Below, piece by piece: positions 25,737-32,000 of a DNA stretch of 32,000 nucleotides (position 1 is its first letter; the number at the start of each line of letters is the position of its first letter). The position numbers were made by a program, and so were the translations under genes. The stretch is from contig PRDJ01000075.1 of NCBI GenBank assembly GCA_003345555.1, positions 1 to 32,000 of the forward strand. The letters run 5' to 3'. The notes beneath the pieces are model-generated. The model saw only the letters and a program-made list of their open reading frames with translations. It was not told the DNA's origin and did not search any database. This DNA comes from Candidatus Thorarchaeota archaeon. GTDB lineage: Archaea; Asgardarchaeota; Thorarchaeia; Thorarchaeales; Thorarchaeaceae.

Positions 25737-26930
25737 ATGGCTAGAACCATCGGCATCATCGGCAACGGCGTGGCCGCCATTACTGCGACGCGTGAGATCG
25801 CCCATATCGACCCAAGTGTGAAGATTGAAGTCTTTACCGACGAACGTCACGCTTACTACCCAAGACCTAGGCTTATTGACTATATTGCAGGTCGTGTGAA
25901 CGAGAAGGATATCATTCAGTATGATCAAGACTGGTATGAGAAGCAGGGCGCGCAACTGCATCTCTCTGAGGCCGCTGCAAAGGTCGACTCGCAGACAAGA
26001 AGTATAGTCACTCATTCTTCCACTCATTCTGGTTTCGGTGCCGTGCTGGTCGGCGTCGGGAGCTACCCATTCATCCCTCCCATTCAAGGTACAGACAAAC
26101 GAGGGGTTTTCGTTCTCAGGACCCTGGATGATGCGACGATAATTCGAGACTCAATAAGAGGCGCGGGTCAAGTAGTAATCGTGGGAGGAGGCATCCTTGG
26201 AGTGGAACTCGCCGCTGCAGTCCGGGAAGCGGGCCAAGAACCAGTGGTTGTCACGAACATCGACACACTGCTGCCTGCACAACTCGACCACAATGCAAGC
26301 GGATTGTTGACCAAGAGACTAAGAGAGATGGGCATTAGGGTCTTGATGAATTATGCATGCAAGGAAATCACCGGAGGCGACCGGGCAACCGGTGTTGTGC
26401 CCACGACGGGAAACTCCATTGCAGGTGATATGATTGTCGTTGCGACTGGCGTTAAGCCCAACGTTGAGCTCGCCAAAGCAACGGGCATTGGGGTCGGCAG
26501 AGGAATCATCGTCGACGAACGAATGCAGACTTCGGTTCCAAGGGTTTTCGCTGCGGGTGACTGTATCGAGTGGAAAGGGACGTACTATGGAATAATACCT
26601 GTGGCCCTAGAAAGTGCGAAGGTCGCTGCACGCAACATGCTCAAGCCAGACAGCGCAAGATACGAGGGTACAATTCCATCGAACACGCTACAAGTTGCTG
26701 GCATAGACTTGACCTCGATTGGCGTTTTCAATCCACAGACTCCGGAGTACGAGTCGTTTGTACGAACGGATGCTCAGAGGGGAACATATCTCAAAGTAGT
26801 GACCAAGGATGGCACGGCAGTTGGCGGTATTGCATTTGGTGACAGGAAGTTCGCGGTGAAGTTGAGAGGCTTGGTGATGAATCACAAGGACTTGTCGAGG
26901 CTGAAGGATGCAGTCTTCGACGCTGATTGA
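25737..26930 (+). CDS. FAD-dependent NAD(P)H oxidoreductase (rubredoxin reductase / NirB N-terminal-like)
   Basis: 'IGIIGNGVAA', 'FVLRTLDDA', 'VIVGGGILGVE', 'VATGVKPN', 'FAAGDC', and a C-terminal dimerisation domain. No redox-active Cys motif seen. ATG at 25737 preferred. Confidence 0.9.
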   Translation: MARTIGIIGNGVAAITATREIAHIDPSVKIEVFTDERHAYYPRPRLIDYIAGRVNEKDIIQYDQDWYEKQGAQLHLSEAAAKVDSQTRSIVTHSSTHSGFGAVLVGVGSYPFIPPIQGTDKRGVFVLRTLDDATIIRDSIRGAGQVVIVGGGILGVELAAAVREAGQEPVVVTNIDTLLPAQLDHNASGLLTKRLREMGIRVLMNYACKEITGGDRATGVVPTTGNSIAGDMIVVATGVKPNVELAKATGIGVGRGIIVDERMQTSVPRVFAAGDCIEWKGTYYGIIPVALESAKVAARNMLKPDSARYEGTIPSNTLQVAGIDLTSIGVFNPQTPEYESFVRTDAQRGTYLKVVTKDGTAVGGIAFGDRKFAVKLRGLVMNHKDLSRLKDAVFDAD

Positions 26931-27087
26931 TTACTCACTCCTGGATTTCAACCAATGATTGACGCCCCTTGCCCTGTGGCACTAGCGAAATCACACTCTC
27001 CGCAGACGCCCGCAGCTCGTCCATATGCGTTACTACTATGACCTGATCCAGAGATTCGATATCTACGACAGCTTGAGGAAACCATCA

Positions 27088-28632
27088 TCAATCCTGAGCA
27101 GCGAGTACCTGAGTATCGGTAGTGAGAGTCACTGGTTTGGCCTGGATGTGTGTTGCTCGAACGACATTCTCGAAGTACGATGATTTCATGAGCGTTAATG
27201 TAGTCGGGCCGAGTGCGCCTGACTCCCTGACTATACGGAATTCCTCGCTGTCCGACATCAATGCCTCTTCAAGAGCTGTGAGAAACTCGACTGCATCGAT
27301 ATTGTTGTTACCCAACATGAGAGCTAGCGTGTAATGCGGTATTCCGTTTTCAACCAAACCGACCATACAGTAGTCTGACACCTGAACGCCAGTCTTCAAG
27401 CAGGCTGCGGCCATGGCATTGGATACATGCTTGTCGGATAGCTTTTCGCCCGACATGTTGACAATCTTGCCTTTTCTACTGATTGATCGTATTGTGTAAG
27501 GATTGGTGTTTGTGAAGGTCAACATATCACCGAGTCGATACCTATAGCACCCTGTGTTATTCGTCAGAACCATCTCATACCTGAATCCCTTCCTGACCTC
27601 CGACAAGGGCACTACAGTGGGATTGAGAACTTCTACTTCACTCTCGGGGATGAACTCAAGGTAATTAAGACTCGGAAGCAGCTGAATTCCCGGTTCTTCG
27701 AAGAGCTGACCTCCATAGAAGCCCTCAGACCCTCCGTACATATCAAGAATCCTCGCAGTCGGCAGTGTCTTGCTGATCCATTCTCTGTAGGGGTCACAAT
27801 CTATTCCAGAAGTGGTAAGCAGCCGCAGATTAGGCCATAGGCCTTGTACGTCCATCATGCCTTCGTCGTTCACGAGCCGTCTGATTCTCTGTTCGTGCCG
27901 GGTTCCCTTCAAAGAGTCAAGCAACCATGGACCGTATTGAGTCTGCATCCTGCGGACAAGCGCTAGCAACAGTGTGCTTATGCCCAGCAAGCCCGTCACG
28001 TTGGTTGTTGCAAGAAGATTGGCATAACGTTTCATCTTCTCATCAACGTCAGTTATGTTGAATACATCCTCTCCGGGTTTCATCAGTCTCTTGAGAAGCG
28101 GATTGAAGCGTCTAATCATTGCACCTGTAGCATATCCTACGGGGATTCCATTAATGTGATCGATAACGGCTGGCGCGCCCAGTGTTACGAGGGTACCGTC
28201 GAATATCTTGGCATTGTCTGAATCAGCATTGACAAATGCCAACCACACAAGCATCGTTCCTTTCGAAGTGTCCTCAGCTCCACTCTCCGTCAAGGGAATG
28301 TACTTCGGCTTTCCTGTCGTTCCTGAAGTCTTCAGATACCATATTACCGGGTCGGCAGTCAACACTTGTCCGTTCGGATTGTCGTACGTCATCTTCAGGT
28401 ACGGTTCCATGCCATGGTAGTCGAAGAGCGGGACATTGGACGAATACTCTTCCGAGTTCCTTATGGATTCAAAGTCGTATCTCTTACCAAAAACAGTACC
28501 TTTGTGACGTGCGAGCACGGACATGAGCTTCTCTTCTGTAAGCTCAATGGGGTTGCTCAGAATATGCTCTACTTCCTTGGCCTTTCTTCTGGCCATCAAT
28601 GAAACAAGCCGTCTCATGATTGACATCTGCAT
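27088..28632 (-). CDS. GH3 family acyl-acid amido synthetase (ANL adenylating superfamily)
   Basis: 'T.FG.RYDF', 'VP..DY', motif I 'TSGTTGKPKYIP', motif II 'YGGSEGF', 'YLEFIP', motif III 'YRYRLGD', 'GEKL'. Confidence 0.92.
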   Translation of the reverse strand: MQMSIMRRLVSLMARRKAKEVEHILSNPIELTEEKLMSVLARHKGTVFGKRYDFESIRNSEEYSSNVPLFDYHGMEPYLKMTYDNPNGQVLTADPVIWYLKTSGTTGKPKYIPLTESGAEDTSKGTMLVWLAFVNADSDNAKIFDGTLVTLGAPAVIDHINGIPVGYATGAMIRRFNPLLKRLMKPGEDVFNITDVDEKMKRYANLLATTNVTGLLGISTLLLALVRRMQTQYGPWLLDSLKGTRHEQRIRRLVNDEGMMDVQGLWPNLRLLTTSGIDCDPYREWISKTLPTARILDMYGGSEGFYGGQLFEEPGIQLLPSLNYLEFIPESEVEVLNPTVVPLSEVRKGFRYEMVLTNNTGCYRYRLGDMLTFTNTNPYTIRSISRKGKIVNMSGEKLSDKHVSNAMAAACLKTGVQVSDYCMVGLVENGIPHYTLALMLGNNNIDAVEFLTALEEALMSDSEEFRIVRESGALGPTTLTLMKSSYFENVVRATHIQAKPVTLTTDTQVLAAQD

Positions 28633-29241
28633 GCATAGCCTCCTTGTGCTTGGAACCGACGGCCCAAGCGATGCTTCGCTATGCGTTACTCTCTGATTGA
28701 TAGCCCCAACGAATCATCACTCCAAGACGGAAGCGTTCATCTTACCGCGTTTCGAGCAACCATAATCCTCTGATTCGTATAATTTCATCCAGAAGTGTCG
28801 TTTCTTGCGTCATCGGTAATATAGCTGGCCCTTGCAGAATGATAATACGGAATTTCCTGATTCGCAAGTATGCATTTGCCATGATAGTTCGTGGGAAGTG
28901 ATCAGTCAGGACAAGATGCCGGAGAGGAAGACTCAGGCAGACACGCTTCTGACACCTTCAGAGGTCCTGCAGGAGCACACGGGCAGAGAACCTAGCAAGA
29001 AGGCATACGCTTGACATCACGGTAGTATCGAACCATATTGCAGGACCTAGACTTTTCCGTAAGGATATATCTGGCGGGCCAATTTTGCTGTCCCATTTTA
29101 TGACCAGAGCATCCATAGTTTCCCGTTTTGTATCGCAAGGTTAGATGTTGAGTATTTCTGTTCTTACGGCTTTATGGGTTCCCGTGGTTCTTCATGCCAA
29201 CACCCAAGAGTTCTGTGACCTAGCATGACAACGATGCAAAG

Positions 29242-29991
29242 ATGATCGCCAAGATAGAGGCGCAGCTGTTGTCGGCAAGCGCTGTTCGTAGAAATAACAT
29301 CGGCACTGTGGATGTCACTGGCCCACTCCAAGTGATATTCAACAACGGTGACCGCTGTATCGTCAATGCAAAGCTCCGATATCATGGCCCCGAGAGCAGC
29401 TCATGGTTAGCACTTGTGGTGGGCCTAAGGAGCCGGATCCTCTCTCCGTTCAGCAGGTTTGAAAACGGAAGAGACCGATACATTCCCTGCGACATCCCCG
29501 GCTTGGTTCCCGCTCTAGCGCTCACTCTGGCGCATCAAGATTGTGGACTCGCAGTGAGCGCCATAGCGCACGACGCATTCACTCACCTAGTCCTTGTATT
29601 TGAAGGAGATGTAGCTGCCAAGGGCGGCAATCTCAGATCACTTGCCGCTTCGGTATGGACTTTCATGAAAAGGTGGACCGACTGGACCGATGTTCTGCTG
29701 GCCACCGCTTCGCACGACCCATCGGCGGCTAAATGGAACTTAGACTGGCGAGAATTCCTTGCAGGCGAATCCGGATTTGTAACCATGCCTTGGTTCAGAC
29801 CCATGAACTACCTCGACCGAGCCCTTAGTCTGGAGAGAATTGTTGCGGCCTCCAAATCGCTCTTGGCTTCTGTTCTGAACCAAGCTCAGATGGAGGATCC
29901 CCGGATTCGGACACTCACTTCCTGGCTAGACCAGCTGGCACCCCTTTCAGAGGTCGTCGGTGGAATGGAAGCAGCGGAGGCTGAAGTTTAG
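29242..29991 (+). CDS. Hypothetical protein (249 aa), first gene of the RadA-paralog operon
   Basis: Clean ORF with an ATG start; the next ATG follows 1 nt after its stop. No family recognised. Confidence 0.8.
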   Translation: MIAKIEAQLLSASAVRRNNIGTVDVTGPLQVIFNNGDRCIVNAKLRYHGPESSSWLALVVGLRSRILSPFSRFENGRDRYIPCDIPGLVPALALTLAHQDCGLAVSAIAHDAFTHLVLVFEGDVAAKGGNLRSLAASVWTFMKRWTDWTDVLLATASHDPSAAKWNLDWREFLAGESGFVTMPWFRPMNYLDRALSLERIVAASKSLLASVLNQAQMEDPRIRTLTSWLDQLAPLSEVVGGMEAAEAEV

Positions 29992-29992
29992 T

Positions 29993-30460
29993 ATGATGTG
30001 TAACGATCTATGTCGAAGCTTTTCGAGGTTGACTGTGGAAATCATGGGACCTTCGTGGATAGCCGGTGCTGTGACAGGCATTAGAGCTTCCACAAGGCGA
30101 GAATCGGATTGGATTTGGGACCGATTCATCGAGGAACTCTATGACGCCGCCGAAAGGCTAGGAGACATTCAACCAGCTGAGCCAGCAACCTCACTGGCAG
30201 ATGAATATGGCTTCGCGGGTTCAGCATACGACACTCTCGGGGGTTATGTCAGCACAGCAGGTGAAGTCCGTTCTCAGGGATTGTACTTCAGTGTCTCTCC
30301 GGAACAGTTGGAGAACGTCATAAGACTGCTTCCGGATTTCACAGTGCTCAGGGCAAAGGGCGGCCTCATTGTACCACGTTACGAACTGGGTTCTTTCTTG
30401 AATCTCGTACCTGTGAACGGACCATTGTTGGATCAGCTGACGGAGGGGAGCTTGCAGTGA
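29993..30460 (+). CDS. Hypothetical protein (about 155 aa)
   Basis: ATG at 29993, directly after the upstream stop (the ORF track starts at 29960); GTGA overlap with the RadA-like gene. Confidence 0.75.
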   Translation: MMCNDLCRSFSRLTVEIMGPSWIAGAVTGIRASTRRESDWIWDRFIEELYDAAERLGDIQPAEPATSLADEYGFAGSAYDTLGGYVSTAGEVRSQGLYFSVSPEQLENVIRLLPDFTVLRAKGGLIVPRYELGSFLNLVPVNGPLLDQLTEGSLQ

Positions 30461-31533
30461 CAGAGCTTGAGGCAGTGACAGGTGTCGGACCCGCAGTGGC
30501 GAAGAAACTCCGAGAGGTGTTTGTGACGACTGCGGAGCTTCTCGCTGTTCAGAACCATGTGGACCTGCAGAACAGGACCAAACTTGGAGAAGGCACCGCT
30601 CTAAAAATCATACGGAATGCTAGACAACTTGTAGGGCTTTGTGGTTTCAAGTCGGGTCTCGAAATGGAGCAAGAGATGGCAGGTAAGCCCCGCCTTAGCA
30701 CTGGCATAGATAGAGCCAATGCAGCACTCCTCGGTGGTATAGAGACAGGCTCGGTAGTAGAATTCTACGGTGCTGCACGAAGCGGAAAGACGCAATGGTG
30801 TGGTCAGCTAGCTGTCATGGTTCAGCTGCCTCTGGAAAAGGGAGGGCTTGAAGGTCGAGTGCTCTGGCTGGATACAGAAAATTCCTTCAAACCATGGATC
30901 ATTAGAGCGGACGCAGTCCGGTTTGGATTGGACCCGGACGTTGCCCTCGGGAACATTGGCCACGCTCACATCGTAATGACTGAACAGATGACACAGCTCT
31001 TCGAGAACATACCGCAACTCTGTGCGGAGGAAGACTACAAGCTCGTGGTTATTGATTCATTGACCGGGCTTTTCAGGGCCGAATACACAGGACTTGAGCT
31101 CCTAAGAGTAAGACAGCAGGAGATGAATGGCCTTCTCAACCTGATGAGACGTACTGCGACCGCAACTGGAACAATCTTCTGCTACACCAATCAGGTCATG
31201 TCTAGCATGGGGACATTCAAGTCCAATCCCAACTCTCCAGTCGGAGGACACATCATCTCACACGCCTCCGATTATCGATTCTATGTAAAGAAGAAGCTAA
31301 AGGATGTCAGGGGCCTTCAGCTCCAGGACAACGCAGGTATACCTGAGTTTGACATTGATGTAGTGATCGGATGGGGCGGCTTCTACACAGATGCGAAAAC
31401 GAAGAAGAAAGTCGAGGCGGATGTTCTGGAGTACTTCAGAAAGACCGGTTGGAATCCCGAGATGACAGAGGGTCATGAGGAGCCTGGAGAAACGAAGGGA
31501 GAAACCGAGGAGATTGTGGAGGAAAGCGATTAG
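30457..31533 (+). CDS. radA: RadA/Rad51-family recombinase, divergent full-length paralog
   Basis: N-terminal HhH 'VTGVGPAVAKKL', polymerisation motif 'FKSG', Walker A 'GAARSGKT', 'DTENSF', Walker B 'VVIDSL', 'RQQ', 'TNQV', 'VGGHIISH'. The symbol refers to the family; orthology to the main RadA is doubtful. Confidence 0.85.
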   Translation: MTELEAVTGVGPAVAKKLREVFVTTAELLAVQNHVDLQNRTKLGEGTALKIIRNARQLVGLCGFKSGLEMEQEMAGKPRLSTGIDRANAALLGGIETGSVVEFYGAARSGKTQWCGQLAVMVQLPLEKGGLEGRVLWLDTENSFKPWIIRADAVRFGLDPDVALGNIGHAHIVMTEQMTQLFENIPQLCAEEDYKLVVIDSLTGLFRAEYTGLELLRVRQQEMNGLLNLMRRTATATGTIFCYTNQVMSSMGTFKSNPNSPVGGHIISHASDYRFYVKKKLKDVRGLQLQDNAGIPEFDIDVVIGWGGFYTDAKTKKKVEADVLEYFRKTGWNPEMTEGHEEPGETKGETEEIVEESD

Positions 31534-31979
31534 TGCTCACCAAAGAGAGAGGCATGTTCCGCATCTACGAGTGTCCCCGTTGCAGGAACATCGGTTTCGC
31601 ACAAGTCGAAAGCGAGGAGTGCGTTTCGCGATGTAGCTTGTGCCAAGGTCCCATCGCACATGCCCCCGCGATGCAATATGCTGCAACCATTCAGGAAGCA
31701 GAATCCTGTGTCAGAGAGGCCGTGGTCGGAACTAAACTGAAACCAAAATCATCAGGAAGTTCGAGGACCATAGGGCTGAAGAAACGGGTATTGAACATAG
31801 TTGAAGCTCTGGTTGATATGAACAAGGGACGCCCCGTCAGCCTCAAGGACATTCTTCGCGAATGCACAGACGCAGGTATTGACAAGGACAGGGCAATGGA
31901 TTTCATCGAGGCTCTTCTCGGCGAGGGGATTCTCTCAGGCGACGACCTCGGTATGAGACCTTCTGGGAGGCCTTCGTGA
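31533..31979 (+). CDS. Zn-ribbon plus winged-helix protein (DUF1922/DUF5817-like architecture)
   Basis: CPRC...CSLC in the N-terminus; C-terminal 'VLNIVEAL...VSLKDILREC..AGI...RA..FIEALLGEGIL'. 1-nt overlap with the RadA stop. Confidence 0.75.
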   Translation: MLTKERGMFRIYECPRCRNIGFAQVESEECVSRCSLCQGPIAHAPAMQYAATIQEAESCVREAVVGTKLKPKSSGSSRTIGLKKRVLNIVEALVDMNKGRPVSLKDILRECTDAGIDKDRAMDFIEALLGEGILSGDDLGMRPSGRPS

Positions 31980-32000
31980 CGTGCCCGATACTGAGGTTAC
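31976..32000 (+). CDS. Possible start of a fifth operon gene, 3'-truncated
   Basis: GGGAGG at 31965-31970, a GTGA start/stop overlap at 31976-31979, and an open frame to the window edge (MTCPILRL...). Confidence 0.4.

Noticed and set aside
17799-28632. RimK ligase and GH3 as one amide-bond biosynthetic cluster
   Set aside because: They are more than 8 kb apart, on opposite strands, with unrelated genes between them.
28832-29014. 60-aa ORF containing 'LLTPSEV', faintly like the start of an excisionase HTH
   Set aside because: The match is too short, no HTH follows, and there is no integrase or att/tRNA context.
1-32000. tRNA, rRNA, CRISPR arrays, IS elements, prophage genes, selenoprotein UGA readthrough
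   Set aside because: By eye I found no cloverleaf, spaced repeats, transposase or integrase motifs, or motif-bearing in-frame continuation after a TGA. tRNAscan-SE and Infernal would be needed to exclude them formally.

Overview
A gene-dense archaeal chromosomal window of about 30 CDS. I found no rRNA, tRNA, CRISPR array, transposase or integrase. The gene content (RadA-type recombinase, DUF99, COG1340-like coiled-coil protein, stand-alone Lrp/AsnC domain, two roadblock/LC7 genes, a Site-1-protease-like subtilase) best fits an Asgard archaeon such as Thorarchaeia; this is inference, not a lookup. Housekeeping genes include glmS, a SerB-like phosphatase, a DegT-type aminotransferase, an AlkA-like glycosylase, an HD hydrolase, ABC transporter parts, a gamma-carbonic anhydrase, a RimK-type ligase and a flavin oxidoreductase. 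The most unusual items are: (1) a tightly coupled operon of two orphan genes, a divergent full-length RadA paralog and a Zn-ribbon/winged-helix protein that runs off the right edge; (2) a membrane-anchored subtilase with eukaryotic Site-1 protease architecture but no prodomain; (3) a stand-alone PEP-utiliser swivel domain whose phospho-His position holds Glu; (4) a gingipain-like (clan CD) protease without a signal peptide; (5) an EamA exporter fused to an Lrp ligand-binding domain, next to a stand-alone copy of that domain; (6) a GH3 acyl-amido synthetase; (7) an uncalled 32-aa Lys-rich ORF and two structured non-coding leaders. All family assignments come from motifs read by eye and remembered consensus sequences, and none has been checked against a database.
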